Notes under the pieces: generated by a model | What the model saw: only the letters and a program-made list of their open reading frames with translations | Databases searched by the model: none | What the model was told of the DNA's origin: nothing | Shown: positions 20,485 through 30,567 of the stretch, one piece after another | How the letters are laid out: the number at the start of each line of letters is the position of its first letter | How positions within the stretch are numbered: position 1 is the first letter of the stretch | Origin: a virus | Length of the DNA: 64,000 nucleotides | Strand: one strand, 5' to 3' | Virus record (IMG/VR): IMGVR_UViG_3300032268_001296 | Coordinates: 48,198 to 112,197 of that record | Translations under genes and position numbers: made by a program

Positions 20485-21272
20485 GAATGTCCTATATAGT
20501 TTAATGTTAATTTAACTCCACCATCTGCCGAGCTTGATAAAGATTCAGAAACTAAAGATGCTTTTGGAATTGTTAACTGTTGAAGAACAGTGGAGTTATC
20601 TCTGGATCTAATTGCAAATGATACTGTTTTGTTTTGGCGAGAGTTTAAAAATCCAGTACTGTTAGATAAGAAAGCATCGTCCACATCTATTTGAACAGAA
20701 GCGGAGTATTCTACAACTGGCATCGTTACTATTTCTTTTGGCAAGATAGATCCTATTGAATAAATTGGTATCCTATCTATTTTAATAGAATAATCAAAAC
20801 CAACAACTCTATTCGTAGAAGTATTGTCGCATGTGACAGATATAGATCCTTGATTTGGAATATGAATCGCTGGAGAAGCAATAGATCCAGATGCATTTTT
20901 TGTTCCAGTCACCATATCATCATAAACAACAATATTGCTTGTGATTTTTGGAATAGATCCGACCGCGCAATTAACTAAGTATTCAGTTAAGTATCCACTG
21001 CGAAATCCATAGTTATTGCCATCGTAATTTATACTTCCGCTTATATTGTTTTCTCCAGTATAATTAATCAATCCGCCGCTGTGTATTAAGTTTTGCGATA
21101 TTGATACTTTTTGTTGTGGAGGACCACTAACAACAGTTTGGCCAACTGAATACCCAAGAGCTTTTAAAACGTTAGAAGATTGAGAATACGAAAATTCTAC
21201 ATTCTCTACACCAATTACTTCTTGGCCAGATATAAATAGTTTGTTTTCGTAATTTGAAATTTGTCCAAACAT
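20481..21272 (-). CDS. tail-tip/tube-fold protein
   Basis: GYLTEYLVNCAVGSIPKI resembles tube GFLSDYTLDLAVGSLPTV; follows tape measure. Confidence 0.6.
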   Translation of the reverse strand: MFGQISNYENKLFISGQEVIGVENVEFSYSQSSNVLKALGYSVGQTVVSGPPQQKVSISQNLIHSGGLINYTGENNISGSINYDGNNYGFRSGYLTEYLVNCAVGSIPKITSNIVVYDDMVTGTKNASGSIASPAIHIPNQGSISVTCDNTSTNRVVGFDYSIKIDRIPIYSIGSILPKEIVTMPVVEYSASVQIDVDDAFLSNSTGFLNSRQNKTVSFAIRSRDNSTVLQQLTIPKASLVSESLSSSADGGVKLTLNYIGHS

Positions 21273-21273
21273 T

Positions 21274-24200
21274 TTACTTTCTCAATGAGCCTCCCAATCT
21301 CTTTTCGTCTTGAATAACTTTAAGAACAACATCTTTGATTTGTCGTGCAAGCTGTTGTTTTTGTTCTGATGCGCCTCCATCGGTTGTTTGAGAAGATTTG
21401 CCAGTTGATCCATCAACATTGATGGTGATATTTCCAGCTGCGCTAGAAGCTTCAATAAGCTCGTCAAGCTTGGCGATGAGCTTCTCGTTCAACTCTTCAG
21501 TCTTTTCTTCTGTGACGATGCTTCCTGCGCCAGCATTGAGCGCTTGTAGATTACCAGCACCAATGTTTTGAGCAGCAGAGCGATTCATAATGAATTCGCC
21601 GCCTGAAAGCATTGCTGGAACTGTGTCGATTCCAGCTCTGAAAGGAATTGAACCTCCAGTTGCAAATCTTTCGTTTGCGCGTTCTTCTATATACTGTCCT
21701 TGCGCGTCAAATGGACCAGTAGTGAATGCTGGTATGTTATTATTATAAACACCATTATTAGATCCTCCAAAATTTAATGGAGAAACTCCTAAACCTCCCA
21801 AAGCAGAATTTACTTCATTTATTTGATCATTATCATATGGATTCACATTATATCCATTTGGAGCATTTTTATTTTTTGATGTTGAATATGATCCCCCAGA
21901 ACTAAATAAATTAGATAAACCACCTTTTCCTTCAAAACCACTCCAAATTCCTTTAGCCGCATCAGTTAATCGTGCTGTTCCAGTTGCACCAGATCCAGCG
22001 TAAGCCTTAAAGAATCCAGATCCAGCAGCTAATACCACCGACAATATGAGTTGCTTTTTCAGTGCATCTTTTTCCGCTTCTGCTTGTTTTCTTGCTTCAG
22101 CTTGAGCTTGCATTTCTTGCATATACAAACCAAAAGCTTGTTCTTTCGCAGCTCTAGTTGCTTCAGCTTGAGGACTGTTATTGCGTCCAAAATTTGTCAA
22201 TCTAACACTTTCTGGTTCCAAGTTTATAGAAGCATAATTTCCTTGATTTATTATCTGATCTCTAGATCCAGAAGTATATCCTTGAGTTGCAAACTTAAGT
22301 AAGTTGCGAGTTCCTTGAATTCCGCCAAGTCCATAAGTTCCTGGAGTAAAGAAACCTCCTTGACCACTTTGTATCATTCCTCCTTTTGCGTAACCGCCTA
22401 ATGTTCCATTATTGATTGCTTCTAAAAATTGAGGTCCATATTTACCAACTGACTTTTTGTTGATAACATATTCGCCGCCCATTAACATTGCAGGGACATC
22501 ATCTTTGGTTCCCGATCCACCTGAAATCATTCCTCCAGAGGCTTTGCCATTTCCTGCAAAAATTTTAGAAATGGATGAAAATACTCCTGAAGATGAATTT
22601 GGATTTGATCCAAGAATCGAATCTATAGCATTAGACATTAATTTCTTGTTCAATTGTCTTACAAAATCTAAAGCTCCAGCTCTAAGAGTATCACTTAATG
22701 ATTTTCCACCTTCAATAGCTTCAGAAATACCATCTACTAAATTATTTTTAAATTGAACGGAAGCATCAACGATTGTCTTATTAAGCTCCAACGTTCTTTC
22801 TTCGTTAGTTTTACTAAACTCTTCTGCAAACAACTGAGGGATTGTTTTTACCTGTCTTTTTCTCGCTATTCTTGCCGCTTCTTCTGGGCTTTGTCCTCTT
22901 TGCTGATTAAGAGTTTCTATTTCATAAGCAATTTCAGCGTTTCTTCTTCCAGATATAGAAGTTAATTTTTCTAATTCTAAATCTTGAATTTTTCGATCAA
23001 TGATATCTGTAGAATCAAGCAGAGATCTTCTAAACATTTCTAAAGCTGATATAACTGGCTCTATTGCTCCAGCTTCTCTTGTGCGAGCATCTGCTGCCGC
23101 TTGGGATGATTCAGCGTCTAATTGAAGACTTTCAGATTCTTGTTTCAATTTTAGGATAAAGTCTTTGATAGCTTGATTATCTTCTTCATTAAATCTAGTC
23201 GCGCCAATAAGGTTTTCAGCTTCTGTTATTAAGCTGCTCATAGTTTTCGCGCTTTCAAAAGCATTCCTATATGTCATTGCTGAAATATCATCTGTTGGTT
23301 TTGCTAAACCCAACAATTCCCCCCTTTTTTCTTCGAGCATTTTATTATAATTTGCAGCATTTTGCACAGCCACAGTATTAGCTTCAATCGCAGCGATTTG
23401 AGCGTCTATTACTCTAATTTCTTCAGTTGATCTACCTAATTTTGAAGCTTGTAATTGAGAAATTCGCTGAGTATTTGAAAACTCAGATCTTCTTGAAGAT
23501 ATGTCTATACCAAAAGCTCTTTGTTGGGAAGCTCTTTGTGCGGAAGAGATTATATCTTTTATTGTTGATGCTTGGTTTTTATATTCCTCTGTTTTTTGTT
23601 GTTGAGTTTTTAAATCTTCCTTATCTAAATTATATTTCTTTAGAAGATTATCTAAAATCTGTTCATTTTCTTTTCTCTGAGCTTCTGTGAGATTAGTTCC
23701 AGTACCCAACAATATATTTATTTCTCCTAGTAATTTAGTAACTGTATCTTTATTTTTGAAATCATCTTCTGAAAAAGTTTTTAATTGTTCTTCTAGCTTA
23801 ATTGTTTGTTTTTTATCTGCTACAAGCAATTTAGCTTTATCAATCTGTCCTTTGAGAAGATTAGAAGTTTCGTCTATTAATTTTCTATCTAAATCGCGCA
23901 AAGCTATTTTATTCTCTAAACTTCTAATATCTTTTTCGCTTAAATTATTAAGCTCCTTGGCAGAAAGCAATTGAAGATCTAATTCTTGAGTAGTTCTTTG
24001 TTGTGCAATTGAAAGATCAATAGTATTCTTTAATTGATTTTGAGCATAAGAAATATTCATTAAATCTAATGCTTCTTTAGCAGTATCTGCAAATGCATTC
24101 TTAAGATCTATAGTTGCATCATATATTCTAAGAATTTCACTTTTTACAGCTTCGCTATTTATGTCAAATCCTATTTTTTGATCATCCGTTAATTGGCTTA

Positions 24201-27200
24201 AAATTGCATTTTGAATCATTCCTATCCCTGTATTTGGATTTGGAGTAGATCCACTTTTTAAATTTTCCAAATCAGACATTATATCTTGTCTAGATTTACC
24301 AATAAACTCTTTTCCAATAGTTCCTGTTGGAGATAAATCTAAATTTCTTTTTGCATTTTTTAACTGCGATGATGTAAATATTAATTTAGAAAAAGAACCT
24401 GTTAATTCATCTACTTCTTTAACAGTTATTTTCCCATCTGCTGATTTTTTTCTTATTTCATCCCACATTCTGTTATAGCTCACACCAGCAGCGTCTGCAT
24501 TTTTAACAACATCTACTAAACTTTTTTCTAATTCTCCAGCTGTAAAGAAATCTGAGCCTTCAAAATCAGCCATAAAACGAGCTGTCATGCTCTCTCTTGC
24601 TGCTCCTCTGACTAAACCTATTGCCGAAGATTCTATTTTCTTTTTTCCTGGTTCAGATAAATTTTCAAATGTAAATGCCGCATTTTTCACCGCTTCGGAC
24701 ATCTTGGCTATATTAGCTGTAGCTGCTTTAGTAATACCATAATATTCATCCATTATTTTTCCACCAGCCGAAAAAGATGCTATTGCTCCAGCTGCTGCTA
24801 ATCCATATGGCCCTAACTTTGCTAACGCTGGACCTACTTTTCCGCCAATTTGGCCTAAACCTTGAATAGCGAATGCTGCTGTCACAAAACCTCCAGCACT
24901 TTCTGATACTATATTAGTATATTTTGCAAGTTGTGATGAAGCATCACTTGTAGCTCCAGTCAATATACTAAATGCTCCTTGCAACGCAAAGATAGTTCCA
25001 AGCATATCTTTTTGTCCACCTTGTGCTTGAACAGTAGCTTCTTTACCAGTTAAGGTTTTGCCTTTACCAAAAGCTCCTTTTGACTGTTCAATGATTGCTT
25101 TTCGAGTTGCATCTGAAGATTTTTTAAGAGCTTCTCTATCATCTTCTAGAGCTTTTATTCTATCTTGCGCTGCTTTTTTGTTTTTACCTCTAGCTTGTTT
25201 TTCATCAGCCGTTGCTTTTCTTAATTCAGTTATAAGATCTGCATAAGCTTTTCCATAATTTCTAGATTCTTCCGCTAAAGCATCACTTCTTGTTTTACCT
25301 ACGTATCCAGAAATGTCTGGCGCATCTGCATAATTCGGCACAAATCCACTTGCCGCACCATATGTTTGCGGATTCATGCCTTCTTTTCTTGCTCTATTGA
25401 TTCCTTGAAATCCACCTGCTGGTTCATCACGGCGATTAGCAACCATTAATCCCATTGGATTAGCCGCGTTTTTAAGAGATGAATTTTTGTCTATGTAGAT
25501 TTGAGAAGCAGGAACTCCCGCAGCCATTTCACGGTTAACTGCATCTTTAAGAGGATTTGCAAAATTTGGCAAGAAGCCTTTTGCGGCTGTTTTCTTTTTT
25601 TTGCTGTCTATATAGTTGAGCATTTTATCAACTACGTCTCTAGCTGGAGATCCAGTAATTCGCGCAAAACCTGGATCAATAAGACTAGCAACTCCACCAT
25701 TAGATGCCATTTCTCTCAATAAAGTCAGCGATCCAATCGGATCTGAAGGATAAGTTGAAAACTTACTCAAGTAATTCTCAGCGTTTTTATTAAGTATATA
25801 ATTAGATCCATGTAAATCAGTAAGATCTAAACCTTTGGTTTTTACAGCGGAGCGTAGAGTTCCAAGTCCAAACAATCTAGCTTTGTCAGAACCAAGTGCT
25901 ATCTTTCCAAGTTTACCAGATATAATTTCTTTTCTTATTGCTCCTCGTCTGTTGGATTCATTGAAACCAGACAATGTTTTTGGACCATAAATACCTGGGA
26001 TGTTCAAATATCTATTGATATACTGACTGATCAACCATTCCTGAGAAAGTGCGTTTTTTGGACCATCTTTATAAAACTTCTTAACACCAACATCTATTCC
26101 CTCTTTTGTTCCAAGTCTTAAAAATCTAGCTTCTGCACCAGATCCAATTTCTCTACTTTTGCTAACAAAGTTTGGGATGTAACCCTTAGCGGCATTAGGA
26201 GATTTTCTAGCTTTGGATTGTTGACTTATTTGAGATAATATTTTTGGAGCGATGTCTCCATCGTTCATTGACTTTTTGATAAGAGTATTAACTTGACCTT
26301 GAAAATTTTCCGTAGACCCACCTCCTCTTTTCGCATCACCTCTTACAGCTTTTACTCCCAACATTTGATTCATTGCAGCTGGGTTAGTAAAATCAAATGG
26401 TCTATTTTCATTTTTTGGATCAAATGAATCAGAAAGACCTTTCATTGTAGTCAATGCAGCTTTACTAGCAGCTTCAAAAAGCTGACCTTCTGCACCCGCA
26501 GGAAGAATTCCTCCTGTGGATGTAGATTTAAGATTTCCTAATTGATCTGCAAATTCTCCCGCTTGCATTCCAGAATAAAGTCGCCCATATAAAGATTGAG
26601 CGAGCGTCACGATTGGACCAGCAAAAAGTTTATTGATTTCTGAAGATATTTGTTCGAAATTCTTTTTAGTAGGAACTCCAGTTTGTTGAATATTGCTTAA
26701 AATGATTTGATCATCATCTAAAATACCTCGCGGCTTATTTTTTTTAAAATCAGAACCTTTTAGTTTTGCCGAAACATATCCAGAAGCATCTCCATTCCTC
26801 GGAGTGACTAAAGCGATTCCTCCTAAAGTATTTGCGTCAATTTTGAAATCGAGAGCGCCTTCTTTAAGTTTCTGCTGTCTTACCTTATCTTCTGTTTGTT
26901 TTCTTTGTGTAGCAATAGATGGATTTCTTTTAAGAACGTTATCAATATTTGATTGGTAAGTTTCTAGGCCATTAGGGAAAACGAATTTTTTTCCACCTGG
27001 TTCTTTTCTGTAGCTTTCTAAATCTGGATAATATTGTCTAATAGTGTCTGCTAAATCAGCAAAGTTTGGTATAAATCCAAAAGAAAGATTTTTTATATAT
27101 TTCCCAAAATCATCAATTTTTCTAGGTCTTCCATATTTATTCGATCTATATTTATCAGTATTGATTAAATCTTGTTTTAACGTTTTTGCTTTTGAAAAAT

Positions 27201-29544
27201 TTCCTCTATCTGATTCATCAGAATGAACTAGCAAACCATTTACTTTGATATTATCTTTATTTTTTGTCCAAACATCTAAAGGTAAATTACGACCATAATT
27301 TTCTATATTCGCTCTTAAAAATTTTAATTTTACATCACTATCGTCCCAAGACCCACTTTTAACCTCTAAAAGAGAAGTTGGACCTTTGAAGCCGTCCACT
27401 GCTGAATTTTCCTTTCCGAACATTCCTCCAGTAGTATATCCATACTGCTTAGCGATTCTTTTCTCATAATCATTAGTTGATTCTCCTTTATTTCTAGGGA
27501 CGTACAATTTTTGATATCCATTTCCAATCAAGTTAACATTATCGTCTTTTGATAATCTTCCATCTGAAGATTGAGATATATTAATTTTTGGCACAAGAGT
27601 CGTACTAAAATATTTTACTATTTCAGAAACTTTTGCAAAATTTGGAATCAATCCGCCAGATGCAGTGATCTTCTTAGCTCCAGATGGCAAGCCCATAGAG
27701 CGAACCATGTCTCTGTTAAAGATAGCTGTTCCGCCACTTCCTCCAAAATTAGGAACCGCATATTCTCCAGTATGAGCTACAATAGATCCTTTTTTGCCTT
27801 GACCAAAATTAAAATTAGGAATAACAACTGGACGATCTCCAGCTTTTGCACCACCAACACCTTTTTTAATGTCGGATGATTCTTGCGATACAGCAGGCAT
27901 GTATCCGCCAGCCGCTTTAGGAACTCTTAAGCCTTCTCCAGAGCTTCTTACTCCTTGTTGATAAAGAGGAGCTGCTAGCGAGCTTGCTGTAGAAGCCATT
28001 CTTCTCATTGCTGCTTCTTGCATTACAATAGCGTCAGACATGACTTTGATCTGAGCCGTGCGATTTCCTTCTAATGCAAAAAGTTGACGCTGAAGATTGA
28101 TATTCTTAGAAAGAGCTGAAGCAATAGACTGTTCAACATTTTGAATCTCTTTTGCTGCTTTACCAATTCCAAAGAAACCTTTTAAGCTTGCAAAACCAAA
28201 TTGCGCAAGATCTTTTGAAAGCTTTAAGATAATAGCTGCAAATAAAGCTAAGCCTGGACCTGTAACAAGATTTCCAATACCTTTAGCTAAACCTCTGAAA
28301 ACATCTCCCAACGCACTTTCTTCGCCAAGAATTTTTTGGATACTTTCTAGAAGGCCATTAAAGAATCCAAGTAAACTTTTAGCACTGTCAGTGATGCCAA
28401 TTTTTCCCAATGTAGCTCCAAGCTGTTCTGCACTTAAAGATGTCTTATTGATTAAAGCAGCTAATGTAACATTTAGAGCCGCATTCTTTTCATAAGCTTG
28501 ATTGGTGCTTTTCAAAGATACTTCGGTAGCTTTAAAAGCTACTGAAGATTGACTGCTCAAATCCTCTAAAGTTGCTAATAATTTATCAATCTGGAATCCG
28601 CCACCAACTTTTTCAGTAATCTCTGCGAGCTGTACTTGATTAAGACTTTTAATTGTTGCCGCTAAGTTTTCGAGAAGTTTTGTAGCTGGCAGTATCTTGC
28701 CTTGAACATCTGTGACAGAAACTCCAAGCTGTTGTAAAGCTTCTAATGTATCTGTTCTTTGCAATCTTGTGAAGATCGTTTTAAACGAGTTACCAATAAC
28801 TGCTCCACCAACTGATGTCTTTTCTTGAACTGCCGTAATAATACCAACCAACTCATCAAAAGAAACTCCAGCCTGTTTCGCAACAGATGACGATCTCTTA
28901 AGACCTTCAATCAAATCCTTTTCAGAAACTGAATATTTTTGAGAAACAGTAACTAATTTGTTTAAAACTTCAGATGTTGTAATGCCTGTGCTTTTAAAAG
29001 CATTAACTGCCGCAGTTAAACCAGAAACAGATCTTTCTGCATCCAATCCAGAAAGGCGAGTTAGAATAAGAGCATCATTAATTCTTTTAAGAGACTCTTC
29101 AGTACTTAAACCTTGTCTAGCTAATTCAAGAGCGCCTTTTGCAACAGCATCAAATGATTGACCTGTATTTTTAGCTACGTTGAATAAAGAGTTTCCGAAT
29201 TTGTCTAATTCAGAAGAACTTTTTTGGAAGACAGAATTGATTTCTGTTAAAGACTTTTCAACTGCAATAGTGTTCTTAACCAAAGAACTAAAAGCGCTAG
29301 ATACACTATTAATAATACCAACAGAAGCTCCGAACGCAAATACGCGAGCATTTGCCGCTTCCATCGACTTAGTGAATTCGTCAGCTTGTCCAGTAATGCG
29401 GCCAAGAGGTTGAGCTAATGCATTAATTTGACGGGAATTCGTTCCCAAATTAATTTGAGCGCCCTTGCCCGCATTTTTCAATGCTGCTTGAATGCTTGCT
29501 TCTAACCCTGTTTGTGTTACTGGTATCTGAACTGACGCTGGCAT
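21274..29544 (-). CDS. tail tape measure protein (2756 aa) with embedded enzyme-like domains
   Basis: N-terminal TMP core (ELARQGLS, QAGVSFDELVGII, GNSFKTIFTRL), long helical region, C-terminal AxGG..DxVPAMLxGGE repeats; AAGGAG upstream. Confidence 0.9.
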   Translation of the reverse strand: MPASVQIPVTQTGLEASIQAALKNAGKGAQINLGTNSRQINALAQPLGRITGQADEFTKSMEAANARVFAFGASVGIINSVSSAFSSLVKNTIAVEKSLTEINSVFQKSSSELDKFGNSLFNVAKNTGQSFDAVAKGALELARQGLSTEESLKRINDALILTRLSGLDAERSVSGLTAAVNAFKSTGITTSEVLNKLVTVSQKYSVSEKDLIEGLKRSSSVAKQAGVSFDELVGIITAVQEKTSVGGAVIGNSFKTIFTRLQRTDTLEALQQLGVSVTDVQGKILPATKLLENLAATIKSLNQVQLAEITEKVGGGFQIDKLLATLEDLSSQSSVAFKATEVSLKSTNQAYEKNAALNVTLAALINKTSLSAEQLGATLGKIGITDSAKSLLGFFNGLLESIQKILGEESALGDVFRGLAKGIGNLVTGPGLALFAAIILKLSKDLAQFGFASLKGFFGIGKAAKEIQNVEQSIASALSKNINLQRQLFALEGNRTAQIKVMSDAIVMQEAAMRRMASTASSLAAPLYQQGVRSSGEGLRVPKAAGGYMPAVSQESSDIKKGVGGAKAGDRPVVIPNFNFGQGKKGSIVAHTGEYAVPNFGGSGGTAIFNRDMVRSMGLPSGAKKITASGGLIPNFAKVSEIVKYFSTTLVPKINISQSSDGRLSKDDNVNLIGNGYQKLYVPRNKGESTNDYEKRIAKQYGYTTGGMFGKENSAVDGFKGPTSLLEVKSGSWDDSDVKLKFLRANIENYGRNLPLDVWTKNKDNIKVNGLLVHSDESDRGNFSKAKTLKQDLINTDKYRSNKYGRPRKIDDFGKYIKNLSFGFIPNFADLADTIRQYYPDLESYRKEPGGKKFVFPNGLETYQSNIDNVLKRNPSIATQRKQTEDKVRQQKLKEGALDFKIDANTLGGIALVTPRNGDASGYVSAKLKGSDFKKNKPRGILDDDQIILSNIQQTGVPTKKNFEQISSEINKLFAGPIVTLAQSLYGRLYSGMQAGEFADQLGNLKSTSTGGILPAGAEGQLFEAASKAALTTMKGLSDSFDPKNENRPFDFTNPAAMNQMLGVKAVRGDAKRGGGSTENFQGQVNTLIKKSMNDGDIAPKILSQISQQSKARKSPNAAKGYIPNFVSKSREIGSGAEARFLRLGTKEGIDVGVKKFYKDGPKNALSQEWLISQYINRYLNIPGIYGPKTLSGFNESNRRGAIRKEIISGKLGKIALGSDKARLFGLGTLRSAVKTKGLDLTDLHGSNYILNKNAENYLSKFSTYPSDPIGSLTLLREMASNGGVASLIDPGFARITGSPARDVVDKMLNYIDSKKKKTAAKGFLPNFANPLKDAVNREMAAGVPASQIYIDKNSSLKNAANPMGLMVANRRDEPAGGFQGINRARKEGMNPQTYGAASGFVPNYADAPDISGYVGKTRSDALAEESRNYGKAYADLITELRKATADEKQARGKNKKAAQDRIKALEDDREALKKSSDATRKAIIEQSKGAFGKGKTLTGKEATVQAQGGQKDMLGTIFALQGAFSILTGATSDASSQLAKYTNIVSESAGGFVTAAFAIQGLGQIGGKVGPALAKLGPYGLAAAGAIASFSAGGKIMDEYYGITKAATANIAKMSEAVKNAAFTFENLSEPGKKKIESSAIGLVRGAARESMTARFMADFEGSDFFTAGELEKSLVDVVKNADAAGVSYNRMWDEIRKKSADGKITVKEVDELTGSFSKLIFTSSQLKNAKRNLDLSPTGTIGKEFIGKSRQDIMSDLENLKSGSTPNPNTGIGMIQNAILSQLTDDQKIGFDINSEAVKSEILRIYDATIDLKNAFADTAKEALDLMNISYAQNQLKNTIDLSIAQQRTTQELDLQLLSAKELNNLSEKDIRSLENKIALRDLDRKLIDETSNLLKGQIDKAKLLVADKKQTIKLEEQLKTFSEDDFKNKDTVTKLLGEINILLGTGTNLTEAQRKENEQILDNLLKKYNLDKEDLKTQQQKTEEYKNQASTIKDIISSAQRASQQRAFGIDISSRRSEFSNTQRISQLQASKLGRSTEEIRVIDAQIAAIEANTVAVQNAANYNKMLEEKRGELLGLAKPTDDISAMTYRNAFESAKTMSSLITEAENLIGATRFNEEDNQAIKDFILKLKQESESLQLDAESSQAAADARTREAGAIEPVISALEMFRRSLLDSTDIIDRKIQDLELEKLTSISGRRNAEIAYEIETLNQQRGQSPEEAARIARKRQVKTIPQLFAEEFSKTNEERTLELNKTIVDASVQFKNNLVDGISEAIEGGKSLSDTLRAGALDFVRQLNKKLMSNAIDSILGSNPNSSSGVFSSISKIFAGNGKASGGMISGGSGTKDDVPAMLMGGEYVINKKSVGKYGPQFLEAINNGTLGGYAKGGMIQSGQGGFFTPGTYGLGGIQGTRNLLKFATQGYTSGSRDQIINQGNYASINLEPESVRLTNFGRNNSPQAEATRAAKEQAFGLYMQEMQAQAEARKQAEAEKDALKKQLILSVVLAAGSGFFKAYAGSGATGTARLTDAAKGIWSGFEGKGGLSNLFSSGGSYSTSKNKNAPNGYNVNPYDNDQINEVNSALGGLGVSPLNFGGSNNGVYNNNIPAFTTGPFDAQGQYIEERANERFATGGSIPFRAGIDTVPAMLSGGEFIMNRSAAQNIGAGNLQALNAGAGSIVTEEKTEELNEKLIAKLDELIEASSAAGNITINVDGSTGKSSQTTDGGASEQKQQLARQIKDVVLKVIQDEKRLGGSLRK

Positions 29545-29589
29545 AAATAGTCCTTACTCCTTTTCACTATTTACACAAAAAAGCGTTTT

Positions 29590-30567
29590 TCATCCCATTA
29601 ATTTCATCAAATCTTCCATATTCATACTGCCTCCATTTTTACTAAGCTCTTCTGAAAGACTAATTTTTTTAGCACTTGGATCAACAAACGATAAATCTTC
29701 TTTTGTTGCTCCGAAAACAGCAGTCGCTCCATTATCAGAATTTTTGAATTTTTCAGCAACCTTTCCAGAATTACGCTTGGATTCTGAGAATCTTAATACA
29801 TCAGATGGATTCTTTTTTATACTATCTGGTATGTCTTCGTTATATTGGAAGATGTTGAAGAATATTCTAGCGTATAAAGCAAGTTTCAATTGATAAACGG
29901 AAAGTTGAATGATGGGCTTTCCATAGAAAGAAAAAAGGTTTTCAGTTTGAGATAAATACATATTGAAGAAATCTCTCAAGACTGCGTGTTGAATATGATC
30001 TTCGTTTAATCTGTTGCTGCACATTTGATGCTGCTTTATCAAATAACCAATATCGTAATCATTTATTTCTGCAAAACTTTCTTCTGTAAATAAATGTTCT
30101 TTTAAAGAAGGATCTTTGTATATAATATAGCGAATAAATTCCTCATTAGATCTTGAAGATCCATAATCTTCAGCAGTTTTACCCACAACCTCTTTTCTTT
30201 TTACTTTAAGGATGTGAAGATCTTTTGATCTTTCGTCAATCGATTCTTGAGTTTTCTCTTTTTGAGAAGGAAGAACTAAATTAGATTTTGTCTGTTTAAG
30301 ATTAGAAACCTCACTTTCTAATTCAGCTATTTTTCTATCGTCTTCCTCCGACCATAAACCATCGGCAACCAACTGATCAAGCATTTGCTTTTCAGTTGGT
30401 ATGCCTTTTTTGATGGCTATGTTTTTGTATTTTTCGTAGTACTTATGAATATATCTTTGATCGCGAATAGAAAAATGCTTTAGATAAACAGGTTGACCTT
30501 TGTAATCAAACTCTGTATATCCATCAAATATCTCTCCTACGATAGCGATATATTCTTCTTCGCTCAC
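29590..30567 (-). CDS. hypothetical protein, probable tail assembly chaperone
   Basis: 325 aa, directly upstream of tape measure. Confidence 0.5.
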   Translation of the reverse strand: MSEEEYIAIVGEIFDGYTEFDYKGQPVYLKHFSIRDQRYIHKYYEKYKNIAIKKGIPTEKQMLDQLVADGLWSEEDDRKIAELESEVSNLKQTKSNLVLPSQKEKTQESIDERSKDLHILKVKRKEVVGKTAEDYGSSRSNEEFIRYIIYKDPSLKEHLFTEESFAEINDYDIGYLIKQHQMCSNRLNEDHIQHAVLRDFFNMYLSQTENLFSFYGKPIIQLSVYQLKLALYARIFFNIFQYNEDIPDSIKKNPSDVLRFSESKRNSGKVAEKFKNSDNGATAVFGATKEDLSFVDPSAKKISLSEELSKNGGSMNMEDLMKLMG

